This document shows, one piece after another, positions 1 to 11,606 of a stretch of DNA of 64,000 nucleotides (position 1 is its first letter; every line of letters starts with the position of its first letter). The position numbers were made by a program, and so were the translations under genes. The stretch comes from Zootoca vivipara (Eukaryota), in the NCBI RefSeq assembly GCF_963506605.1, contig NC_083276.1, positions 71,114,001 through 71,178,000 of the forward strand, in the 5' to 3' direction. The notes below the pieces were generated by a model that ran no database searches, was not told the origin of the DNA, and saw only the letters and a program-made list of their open reading frames with translations.

Positions 1-91
1 GGAAGTAAAGACCAGTTGAAAGAGGTGTGGGAGGAGGCAGATGGACTGGACCCCAATGATTTCGATCCAAAGACTTTTTTCAAGTTGCATG
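1..91 (+). CDS. NUCB2: NUCB2 exon ([30 protein letters not shown]); acceptor lies outside the window
   Basis: Translation in frame 1; donor G|GTAAGG at 91/92. Confidence 0.95.
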
Positions 92-3000
92 GTAAGGAGC
101 ATAATTTTTTTCCTGTAAAGAATGAAGCAACTTGAGTGATACTCTTGGGATTGCCTTCTCTGGAGCAATACCTTCATCATGTGACAACAAAGAATCTTAA
201 ATAAATTAACATCTGTAGTAGGATAAAATCCCATTATGCAGATCAGGGCTGAGGTGATACAATTTATCAGACAGTTGAGTTCTAATTCAGCATTTTCACA
301 ATGAGTGTCCCTTTTGTACTGGAGTTTATTTACATATGTATAGATCCTTGTAACACAACAGTTTCAATAATTGGTGGGCTTGTTGCACTTATTTTCATTC
401 TGGCACTATTTACCTCAACAGTCTGGAGTCCATACTGAGGAAGAAAATAATAATGTTTTGAAGAAGGAATACAACTTAGATTCATTTTCAGCTTGCTTTG
501 TATTTTTTAAAACTCATGGCAATCACCCTTTCAAGGACTTGAAAACTACATGACCTACTGGACAGATTGCTCAGTCTTTTGAAGGCTCTTTAAAGTTGCA
601 ATAAGCAGAATTTCCAAAACTGCTAAAGAATTGATATTCAGATCTGGGCAAATGGGCTAGAGCTTATAAAGCTATGCTCTGCAAATAAAACCCTCTTTTG
701 CTGTTATTGTTAGGAAGTAAGTCTGGACAGGGTTGTCCCAGCTGCCCTCCAGCCACTGGGACTAAAGACGCTGCAAAATATCAAGAAATGGGACTAAGAT
801 AAGCCCGCCTCATTTCTGTTCTCTATTTGTTCTGCTATTACACCCTAGAGTTGCACAATGACTGTGTGTGGCAAAGTGACTTTATCAACATTATGGTGTT
901 GTGACAAATGTGCAGGGCTGGACAGATCTGAAGCAGATACATATAAAGAATAGTATATGAGACAGATAGTTAATTCCTTTCTAAGTTAAATAGCACCAAC
1001 AATTTCTAAACAGCAGTTAGGCACTGAAATCTTACAAAGGTCATGGATGTTCACACCCTTGTTTAACAGGCCCTTGCTTCAAAAGTTAATTATTAAAAGT
1101 CAAGCTGCCATAATTTCATACAGATAAACATGATTCAATATGGGTGTGGCTAAGTGGGATCTTATCAAGGGGAGAAGGGTAAAGAGAGGCAATGTATGAA
1201 TTTTGAATCTATTCAAGGGCTATTTATGTATTATGATTTTATTTTGAGCTATGTTTTGGTTTCCAATTTCATTATAAGAGAGTGGAAGCCCGAAGAGGAG
1301 AATTGTCAACGCCTCTAGGTTTTCTTTGCTAATAGAACATAAAACCAAATAGTCAACAGCAACACTGGTCAGTAGCTAAATAGAAAAATAAATGTGCTGT
1401 GCTAAAATATTTTGTTAGATATACAGTAGATGTTAATCAAGTTGGGATTGTAGCATGCTAAAAGTCAATTAGACCTGGTGTGCATGAGTGTGCTATGTGA
1501 TGAACTTACCCTAGTAGGAAATATTTTGGTTTCCACCTGTATGAAAAAGGGTTAATACACCTCCTACCTTGAGTGACAGCACATGATTATGGGGGCGGGG
1601 TTATGGACATTCTAGAAGGAGGGAACTGCAGTTAATGACAGTTGAGAGGGAAGAAGAGGGATGAGGGAGTGAGAGAGATATAGTGGGAAAATGGGGAGTA
1701 GAGTGTTAGAGAGGGATGCAGGAGCTGTATTAACAAGTCTGTGTTATATGAAAAGAAGATATGTGCTTTTAAGAACCAGAGAAATTCATGTTTATAAGTT
1801 AAATAATAAAGTTAAATGTGCTTAAACGTTCACTGACTCGGCAGTGTCTCTGTACCTTCAGAGGTGTGACAAAGAGGCGAGAACAAAGCTTTCCTGTGGA
1901 GAAGGAAACTTTGCTTTTTTTCCTGTCATACAAAGGGCTGGTTAGCGAAGCCAGAGGAGCCACATTGTTGCCTAAGGGAGAGGCACATTGTAGCAGTAGG
2001 GATCCATGTGAGGGAGACCCCACTGGTGGCAATAGGTTTCGAACGCAGTGCCTGAGGTACCCCAGAGACAAGTCCAACTTGGACACTGGAGGTTTTTCTC
2101 CTGTTTGTAGAGAAGCACAGGGAGAGCCTCTGTTGTTAAAGCAGAGGGGTGGGAAACTGGGAATCCCTCACATGCTAATGCTTCCGTGTTCTATATTTAT
2201 ATGTATTATACTTTTTATAGATGTCAATAATGATCATTTTCTGGATGAGCAGGAGTTAGAAGCCCTGTTTACTAAAGAGGTATGTGATGCACATTACATG
2301 GAAACTCTTCCTTACAATTGGTTGATATACGGGCTTCTGTCTATATAAAAATGGCAGCACTGGTAATATTTATGTATCCATCAAAGATGTGCTAAAGGCT
2401 AAATATTTGTTTAACAAAACAAAACAAAACCCAGGTCAGTTATTCAAGGAAAAACAATATATTCTGGAGCAGGGAGCAGTACCAGATAGTTACTTTCAAC
2501 ACTTTGAAAGTCCATAGCTAAAACCTATAGATGCAAGGGCAAAACATAAAAACTTTATACCAGGAACTGATGCCATTGATTTCATATTCAGGCTGGGACT
2601 AGCTACCTGGCATGCATACTTCCAGTGTCTAGGCATAGAAATGCAAGGAGGTTTTACATTTCTCTACGTACAGAGTGGACCAATGCCCAAATGTCTTGGT
2701 AAGTTCAAAATTTGGAAAGTTGATATACTGGTCCAGTCTGAAGAGGATAAGCCAAAAGAATTCAATTCAATTCAAACTGATTATATACCAATATGTATTG
2801 TATATTGGCATAAAAAGCAGTAATTTCTTGATTTGAAAACAGAAGCCAACTCTGTTTGACATATTTATATAGTTAAGCAATAACAGGGATGGATAATCTG
2901 TTTCAAGCACATTCCTTAAGTTCAGTGATGTATTTGCTTCTGTTTTAGCTAGAGAAAGTGTATGATCCCAAAAATGAAGAAGACGACATGGTAGAAATGG

Positions 3001-6000
3001 AAGAAGAGAGGCTACGAATGAGAGAACATGTCATGAATGAGGTGAGGCCAAAACATCACTCTTTTATAAATAATTGTAGTAGGGAAAACCCTGCTGTTAC
3101 CACATTCATTTCAATGAATGATATATATATATATGTGTGGACATTTCACACCCTAGTGTCTCTATATCCCTGGTCTGTTCCAGGCAGCTGCTGGTGGGAA
3201 TCTGAAATTCTCACATAAGGATGGTGACAGTCACAGTGACAAGCAATTCTAAAATGTTATCACTAGGACGGCAGTGTCCCTTGTGGTGGGCACTAATGCA
3301 TTCTGACCCTTAGACATTAAAAAAAATAGGACTGGAGGAAATACACACAGTTGCTTGGTAACATTTTATAGTATTTTCAGTGAGGAACCCAAGCTTGTGA
3401 AGAACTCTCAAGAATAATTAACTGTGGACCTTAATTAGGACCTTTGAACACATTGGGACTTACTTCTGAGTAAACATGCATTGGATTATGCTGTGAGTGA
3501 GTGTGCGGGGGGGGGGGGAATTCATTTGGCCACACCGAAGACTTTGTTTTCAGTCATCATTTCCCCCTCAGAATAATGCAGTGCCTGTGCTGTAACATTA
3601 AAATACTGTATGCTGATTAATCTTTTGAAAAGCTGGATGCAAATGCAAGTTTGATGACCTAAAGTGTGCTTATCCACTTGTACCTCTTATAAAAGGTTGA
3701 CATCAACAAGGACCGGTTAGTGACTTTGGAAGAATTCTTGAGAGCTACAGAGAAAAAGGAGTTTTTGGAGCCAGAAAGCTGGGAGGTAATCCTGCCATTT
3801 TTAAAGTAGAACATGCTGCAACCACCATCCCTGACTAGGCTTGCCAGACTCAATAGTGGACAAGACTTCTGTGCCTTTAATTGCCCTGCTCTCTTTTGAG
3901 TCTGGAAACCTTAAAGAGAAACCAGCAGACCCTTTGTTTAATTTCCAAGCAAAGGGTCTGCCGGTTTCTCTTTAAGGTTTCCAGACTCAAAAGAGAGCAG
4001 GGCAATTAAAGGCACAGAAGTCCTGTCCACTATTGAGTCTGGCAACCCTATCCCTGACCCAAACCACAAGTAGCCAGTTTGCCTCAAGCCTTCGATTCTC
4101 TTCCCCCCTTCTTTGTTGTATTTATCTGTGTTTAATTATTAGCAACTTTATCAAAATAAAATCTGAACAGTGAGTCCAAGGACACTGTGCACAAGCTGCT
4201 TTATGGGACAATCTTAATGTTTGTGCAGGCATTTGAAATAGAATAAGCACAGGCATTTTGACTGCAGTATTCTTTGAACAGAGCAGTCAGTGATTTATAT
4301 GGGAAATATAGAGAAAGAATTGTGTTATCTTTTTTATAAAGTCAGGTTTATGCCATTTCTTCCCAGATCCTGAAAGAAACGGAGAACTGTTAAGTGCTGT
4401 AACGCTGTCATGTATGCTTGGAAGCTGTCTTCCTTACAGTAATATCTCTATAAGCACAGAAGGAGTTCTCTTTGGCAAACAAGATTCTGTTGCACTTCAC
4501 ATTAAATGAGAAAGAGTGTGGGGAAAGCCCAGCAGCATAGAGCAGATAATTGCTCTGTTACCACAAATACAATCTATATGCATAAGCAGATTTCCATTCT
4601 TATTATTTATTAAACTTGTTAGTCGCTTTATCTTGCTCAAGGCAACCCAAACCAACACACAAACAAACAAACAAAAAACCCCACATAAATACAAGTGAGG
4701 GGGGGACTTTCTGGACCAAAGTTTGTGTATGTAGGAAGGTGGGGATGAAGAGGAGCAGAGGAAAACATACAAAAAATGTGGGCATACTGCTCCTGCATTG
4801 TGTGTGTACTGTTGAGCAAATGATCACTTCTTGAAAGTCTGATGTTGTCAACCATCTTTAAGAAGCACAGATCTTTCTATACAGGAGAGTGTCTTCTGCT
4901 GGCAGGAGGTCCTGTGTGGACCCTCTTGTGGGGAAAAGCTATGTAATGCTGCAGGCTGATGATTTTCCTTATCAGTCCAATAGGCAGGTTGACTGCCCTT
5001 AGTCTTTTCAAAGTCAAGTTGCTGTCAAGGTGTGTGAATTGTGCATGGACAAAGATCAGGAACTTGTTAGAAAAAGAGAGGGGCACTCTTGAGGAACCTT
5101 GCTATTTCCCCCCCTTCTGGTAAGAATTTAACTAGTGTAAAATGCTTCTCTTTATCAAAACTTCGGATCATCATCAAAAATATTGTATCTTGCACACATA
5201 TTTCAAAAGGTGGGTCTATAGAAAAATTTATGAATTGCTTCTTATTTTTTTCAACATTGAACCTTCTCTGAGGGGTTTGCATTTTATTCTTATTGTTGTT
5301 AAGACCCTGGACCAACAACAGGTCTTCACTGAAGATGATCTGAAGGAATTTGAAAGTCACATTTCCCAGCAAGAAGATGAACTGAACAAGCAAGCTCTAG
5401 AACTTCAGAAAAGGAAAGAAGAACTACAGAGGCAACATGACCACCTTCAAGCTCAGAGACAAGAACTCCAGCAGGTACCAGCTGAATAGCTGCAAATTTC
5501 CTTTGGTTATAGAAATGGAATTCATTGTATTTATTGTTTAGTAAGAACAGAACAAATTATCATATCTTGTTCTGAAAGTATACTGTCTTTGGAATGCATG
5601 TTAGCTGGGTCTGCTGCTCAGACATACCAGACCTCGAAAGGTTGGAGTGATCTTTTAGGTATTGTGGTCCCAAGCTGCATAGGGCTTTATACACCAGTAC
5701 CTGTACCGATAGCAGCACCTTAAAAATAGCTTGGTCGCTAATTGGCAGCAAGTGCAATTTATTTTTTTAGCAGCAGTATAACGTGATGGTGATATTCTGT
5801 GTTAAAGAACTGTAAAGTTGCTTCATTTTGCACAGTACTGAACTAGATTATTGGATTTGGGACGACTGTATTTTGTTCCAGAGAAAAGAAGAATCCATGC
5901 AAAGCTGAGTTTATTTAAGAAGGCATTTTGTTGCAGACATTACTGTGATACACAAGAACTGTATGGATGTTCATATTCAAAGATATAAACATACGGCATA

Positions 6001-7035
6001 TGTAACTTTATTGCATGAAATTAACACTCTGATACACCTTCGATTACCTATTTTCCATTTCATTCCACATACACTTGTAACTGCCCAACAGGCTGTCCAG
6101 CAAATGGAACAGAAGAAGTTACAGCAAGGACATCCTGCTTCGGGACCAGGTGGAGAACTGAAATTCCAGCCACGTATGTAAATTATTCTCTTTCTCTCTC
6201 ACACAGACATATTATTGATGATGGTGTTCATTATTTGTGAGAGAAACTATTCATGCCCACAGTGCAATACAGAACCAAACTTATAGCTTGGCACTTAATA
6301 TTCTGTTGCAAATAAGAGAAGGAGCCTGCCAACCCATTAGATTGGAATGTAACATGTTTGAACACTTGGATGCCTGAAACTGAACCCCTACTCATATACT
6401 TTCCTTGCCAGATAATTCAAATGAAAGAATCTATCATGTTTTACTGTTAAATCGGGGCACCTTTCATACAAGCTCCAAATATATCTCTTAGCAGCTGTAC
6501 ATGAAAGAGAGAGAGGTAATTTGGGCAAGTGTGTCTTTGTATGTGAGAGGGGGAAAAGATGCATTTTCATAAAAGAGAGCCAGCTGGATACCATTGAAAA
6601 TGGAGCTCTAAAATCTTACTGCACATAAATGAACAAGCAAATACCGCAGACCTTCTTTGTTCTCTGAAAGGTGATTTTATGCAGGGGGTGGGGTGAATCT
6701 AGTACCATAAATATGTGGAGTTCTGCTCCAATAACCTTTAGGGATGTTTTGACTATATGTGATTTCAGCTTTATGTATAACCCCCTGTAATGTAACCTGC
6801 ACGTAAAATTTGAGTCTACTATAATATGTAAAACCACACTTTCTGAGATTTGGATTACCAGGCAATTGCTCAACAGAACTAACCTTTGTTTTCCGTATTT
6901 TGTGTTACAGCTGCACCACAGCCAGTTGGAAATGTTCCAAATCATCCTGCGGGAGGCAGTCAGCCTTTACCACCAGGAAGCATACCAGTACAAGAAACAG
7001 CTGCAGGATCAGATCACGTTCAGTCTCACCCTTAA
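1..7035 (+). CDS. NUCB2: Nucleobindin-2 (nesfatin precursor), 3' part; join(1..91,2221..2279,2949..3041,3696..3785,5304..5474,6092..6173,6911..7035)
   Basis: Spliced translation [96 protein letters not shown]...ELKFQP matches nucleobindin-2. All introns are GT-AG and the frame is continuous; synteny with NCR3LG1/KCNJ11/ABCC8. Confidence 0.97.
1496..2172 (+). mobile_element. Solo LTR (677 bp) in a NUCB2 intron
   Basis: Termini TGTGA...TCACA; 5-bp direct repeat TGCTA at 1491-1495 and 2173-2177; internal AATAAA at 1805-1810. Confidence 0.8.
2221..2279 (+). CDS. NUCB2: NUCB2 exon, EF-hand 1 loop ([20 protein letters not shown])
   Basis: Acceptor ctttttatag| and donor |gtatgt; 59 nt restores phase 0. 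Confidence 0.95.
2949..3041 (+). CDS. NUCB2: NUCB2 exon, acidic region ([31 protein letters not shown])
   Basis: tgttttag| ... |gtgagg; 93 nt. Confidence 0.95.
3696..3785 (+). CDS. NUCB2: NUCB2 exon, EF-hand 2/GBA motif ([30 protein letters not shown])
   Basis: aaaag| ... |gtaatc; 90 nt. Confidence 0.95.
3836..4050. mobile_element. Palindromic hAT-type MITE (TIR TAGGGTTGCCAG-like)
   Basis: ~100-bp near-perfect inverted arms; 8-bp TSD TCCCTGAC at 3828-3835 and 4051-4058. Confidence 0.9.
5304..5474 (+). CDS. NUCB2: NUCB2 exon, leucine zipper/coiled coil ([17 protein letters not shown]...QRQELQQ)
   Basis: gttaag| ... |gtacca; 171 nt; within ORF 5142..5489. Confidence 0.93.
6092..6173 (+). CDS. 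NUCB2: NUCB2 exon ([27 protein letters not shown])
   Basis: caacag| ... |gtatgt; 82 nt. Confidence 0.93.
6911..7035 (+). CDS. NUCB2: NUCB2 terminal coding exon ([41 protein letters not shown])
   Basis: Strong acceptor ttttgtgttacag|; phase-1 continuation is open to TAA at 7033-7035. Confidence 0.8.
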
Positions 7036-9600
7036 CCACATGTGCCTCAAATTTGTACCATAGTTTTGGGAGAGAAGTGGGAGGGGATGTGGTCAGAGAA
7101 GTAAAAACAAATTGGGAATTGAGCTTAAAATCCCCATTTCAAATCATTGGATTCATGAAGACTTTCAAAGGCACAAATGATACAAGGCAGGTTTATAAAG
7201 CTGCTGATCTTTCAGGTGAGAAGGGTATATTAAAATATTCTAATTTTGTAACTAGATTTAAGGATATCCAGATTTTATCCTCAGGAAAACATTATTGTTT
7301 GACTTCAATGTAATTTGGCTGGCTGTCTATCATTTGAGCCTTGGAAAATCTCCACCTACTTCACGGTCAAATTAAATATGTTTTATAATCTGCCAGAAGA
7401 CTCACCAAATGTTCATTTGTAAATGTTCATGATGCTGATAGTTTTGATTGTCGTTGGGTGTAAAGTGGAAGTTTGCTTGATCAAGACACAAGTCTATGAC
7501 AATATTTTCCTAAAAGTGCCAACAATGGAGAGCAGGAATTTAGGATGGTGTAGTGAATGAGGGTGGTTTCCCCGCCCCCCAATCTCTTTGGTCTTTGAGA
7601 CCAAATGAATAGAAACCACCTGTGATCTGATTTCAATAAATTCTGCACATAAAAAAGGAAGTCTAATTGGAGCAGGGAGTAATGGGCAATAGTGAATATG
7701 CCTAAGAATGGCAGTATAAGAAGCCTTCAACAGAAATAGTGAATTTGAAGTGTATTGATTTAGCCGTCCTTATTGTTGCAAACCAAATGCAGTGTTTCAG
7801 CTGGCTACATCCCCCGTAAATCAGCTATGAAGAGGATACTTTCGTCCTACTTCCTTTCATAATATGCCAGTTGCATTTATCCCTTTATGAGCTATGAAAG
7901 TGAGCTCTTTTGATGATAAAGTATATTTGCAGAATTAGCAAAGACCTCTCATTGTCTTTTCTTGGACAAAACAGCTTGGCTCCTGATGTAAAAGACTCCT
8001 TTGAAAATCATCAGTATGTTACAAACAGCAGTTCTCAGAAGCTGCATTCTGAGTTTAAGCTAAAATCAATTAACACTGGGTATGATTACCTGAATTTTAA
8101 AAGGCACGCAGTTTAGATGTGGATATTTTCATGGAAGCTTGAAGCCGGCATCTTCAATAATAATTCAAGTTTCTCCACATAACCCTTTGTTTTTCTGTGA
8201 ACTTGGCTAAGAGCAACATGGCTTTAAGAGTTCTTTACCATTTTAGCTCAAAAACAAGCATCCAGTTCATTACAGCTGAAACCCAGTTTATCCTTTGAAC
8301 ATGACTCCTAAAGGCATTTTTTCTTACCGTATTATTCCTACTTGAATTTTTATTCAAAGACTACTGAAGCAAATGAAATGACAGTGGCATTTAGACTGTA
8401 TTTAAAAATGAGTAGGGGAGTATTTTTTTTTTCTGATGGTTGTACTGATGGGGCAGAATAGGAGGTGGCTATTAAAATATTGAAGAACTGTAATGATTTC
8501 TGTTTCTGGGAAATTGGCCGTTTTGCTATAACAGAATTATTTATATAGGGCTTCAAGATTTGCAGAGATAAAATAAAAGGCAGGCCTTCCCTATACAAAA
8601 GTTAGGGAAGGAGAATTCGGTGCACAGTTCGACACACTAATGTAGATTCTTGTCTTCAGTTGGAGTAGGTTACTTTTTTACAGGAGAGTTTTTAAATGAC
8701 AACTGCTGGCCCTTGAGCGACCTTGTTCACACTGTATATTACACATAATTGGTAGCATATTTTCCTGCTTGTTCATTTTAGGGCCTGTTTGCATAAGACC
8801 GTTAAGCATGTGGTGGATACTTGTGCAGGTTTTCTTCCTGCCCTTGATGAACCGGTAGTGTGTGACTCCTGTCATGCACCAAATTCTCCTTTAATAAAAC
8901 CATCAGAAACGTCATAATATGAGCACATCTCAAAACGGATAGCAAATACTCACAGGTGGCTTCTTGGAGTCAAAGAGGCCAGGTGGGCAGCCTTTCCATG
9001 GAACCAGCCCATGGCCAGAGTGGCCTATGAACCAGTCCTGTGCTTCCCTTTTTCAATTTCCATGATCTTAACTGAATTTTGCATTCTTGCTTCTTGGCAT
9101 CTCCTACTCCTGCTCGGTGTCAGCCACTCTTTCCTTTTTATGGTCCTGAAATGAATATGGCAATGTAGTTCTGACCTATAGGCTGAATTGCCTTCCTGTA
9201 GCCCTAGACTTCTTTTTCCACAGCCCATGATGACCAGTAGAAGAGCCAGCACAGGCAACTGCAACCATGCATAGGAACAGGATTATCGGACTGATACCCA
9301 TGACTTAATTTATATTAACCATACAGAAGTCCCTACATGAGAATTAAAAGAAGTTCCCAGAGGAAGGCTATTTCTCTACAGTTTACTTGAAACAGTACAT
9401 TAGACAGCTGCTTAAATACAGGTTGTGATCCTTGTTTGAGGCTCATGTACTACAACTGTTGGAAAGTTATCTTCTGTACAGTATTTTGTTTGCAGCCTCA
9501 CAAGTATATACAAACCAAAAAAGCATGCTGTCGTTAAATTTTATGTGGCATACATCCCTCTTTTAAGATTATAAATAAAATCATATGACAAAAATAAAAA
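7036..9600 (+). other. NUCB2: Probable NUCB2 3' UTR with candidate poly(A) signals
   Basis: AATAAA at ~7635, ~8572, ~8893, ~9574 and ~9593; true 3' end cannot be determined. Confidence 0.4.
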
Positions 9601-10499
9601 GTTGGGTTGCAGTATGATTCCAAAAGCTTACCACATGTTCTAATCAAGAAGTTTTTAAAATGTTCACGATACAGAATTTATGGTGTTTCATTTACCACTA
9701 CTGTGAGCCAAACCACTTTTTACAAAGAAATATGGCACAGTCATGGCTGTGTATGGGCCAGGCTATTCAAACTACTCCATCATTTAAAATGCTGATAAGT
9801 GGCTATGGCCATGCTGAATGCAGATGACATCAGGCACAACCAATGTATCTGGAAGAATTAAAATAAGGTTCATTTAGTATTACTAATCTAACATTAAAAA
9901 TGAATCTGCAACTGATTAGCTTCTGTTTAATTGTTTTATAAACAAATCTTATGCTTGGGACTTTCCCCCACCCCCAAGTATAAAACTATGACACAAAAAG
10001 TATTACCAAGTTGCAATCCTAACCACTTGCCTGGGGGCAAGCCCCATTAAATTGAGTACTGACTTCTGAGTAGACATAGTTGCTGTTTTTGTATGGGGAC
10101 AGAGAGCTTGGCAAAGATTGTTCACTTCCCTTGGTAAGGAAAAATTCCTATCCTGCAAAGTTTTCAGATCAGAACTCAGTGATGGAGCGCATGGTTTGCA
10201 TGGTGAAATTCCCAGGTTTAATCATTGTCTCCCCAGCTAAAAGAAATTAGTCCTAAACTTGGTATAAGAGACAATTTCATTGGTTTGGTGCTTCATTCTT
10301 AAATGCATTTTGTTCAAAGTATTGTTCATTAGTTTTTAGTGCCACTTATTTCTCTAAAAAGGAATATTTAGGATGGTGGCCCAAGTCTCATGAAGGTTGT
10401 TTTTTAACTCCATTTTGTTTTATGACATGGAGACTATGTTCCCTTGTCCTTCACCCTGCCTCACATTGAAACTTTTCAGCAAGAGTTCTTTGGCACATA

Positions 10500-10620
10500 G
10501 AAAGCCATTGCCCATCTAGCTCTGTACAGGCAATGTCTCTCCCAGTCCTACCTGGAGATGCTGGGGGTTGAGCCTGGGACCTTCCACCTGCAAAGAAGAT
10601 GCTCTGGGCTACTGCCCTCC
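10500..10620 (-). mobile_element. tRNA-derived SINE fragment (Squam3-like)
   Basis: Reverse complement resembles GGGCAGTAGCCCAGAGCATCT..GCAGGTGGAAGGTCCCAGGCTCAACCCCCAGCATCTCCAGGTAGG; related copies at ~19670, 25355, 29890, 30770 and 44270. Confidence 0.55.
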
Positions 10621-11422
10621 CAACAGATGCATAGGTACATATCTCTGTTATTTCCAGTGCAATACTGTATTTGTATGAAGAATGTTGTTTCACCCTTACT
10701 TTGTATACATTAGGTATAAATCAGATTAAATTGAGTTTATAGTCAGTTGCTTTGGGTCCTCTATGACCATCTTCTTCCAGTGATTGTTGTGGCTGAATTA
10801 TGTTTGGCAGAATTAAAAACAACAACAACACTAGATCATAAACAAGGATGCTTAACATTTAGTATTATATTTATTACATTTATTAGTTGGTTACTACAGA
10901 AAATGTGTTGAAGCAACAAACAACTGTAGAAAAACACAGAGATTATTTGTTGTCAATGTGAGACAATAAACCAGAAGCCTATGGGGGAAGTGAGACTTGG
11001 AGCATGAATTGATTACTCAGGGGGCTATGGGTTGAGATTTTATTTAAACTCAAGATTAGGCTTAAATTGAGCTGTCAACCATTAGTTAGATTTGCTGAGG
11101 TGCTGCGCCCGTTTGGTTTTCTGTTTACCTTCTATATTTCAACCCGGCTTACTCGCTCTCCTCAGCTGCCTGAGAAATGAGGATTTCTTTTGACGCTACG
11201 GATACAGGCTTCGAAAGTTTATTGCCTAGTACTCAGCTGCGTACAGGAGCTGTTTCTTGGTCGGAGTTTTTATTTATTTATTTATCCCAGTTTAACTACT
11301 CAAGCTGTTGAAGTTGACTTTTGACCATGCGAAGCTTCCGTGCGATTTTAAGTTTCGCGGTCGCCCCCTGTCCACTATCTGCGTCAGGTCCAAATACAAC
11401 CAAAGCTCACAATATCATAAGC

Positions 11423-11462
11423 GAAAGCGAAATCTTTCATAGGAGAAAGCCATTTCCAGGAA
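11423..11462 (+). promoter_or_regulatory. IRF-E/ISRE (GAAAGCGAAA) plus GAS (TTCCAGGAA) pair
   Basis: Exact matches to GAAANNGAAA (11423-11432) and TTCNNNGAA (11454-11462), 55-95 bp upstream of the ATG. Confidence 0.6.
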
Positions 11463-11515
11463 CCTGCCGAGTCCTTCGCGAGGAAGGAAAGGGCAGCGCC
11501 TCACCAGCGAGACCC

Positions 11516-11606
11516 ATGGATCGGGGAGGTGGGTTGGCGGCCCGCAGGTGCCTCCTGCTCGTCTTCTCGGTGTTCCTCCGTGGCGTCGTCATCCTCCAGC
11601 CGGCAG
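11516..11606 (+). CDS. NCR3LG1: NCR3LG1-like exon 1, signal peptide (MDRGGGLAARRCLLLVFSVFLRGVVILQPA)
   Basis: ATG in CpG island, basic n-region plus hydrophobic core, phase-1 donor G|GTAAAG. Confidence 0.8.

Noticed and set aside
1818-2348. 176-aa ORF ending in NUCB2 EF-hand sequence
   Set aside because: A chance read-through from the solo LTR into the 59-nt exon; only 2221-2279 is coding.
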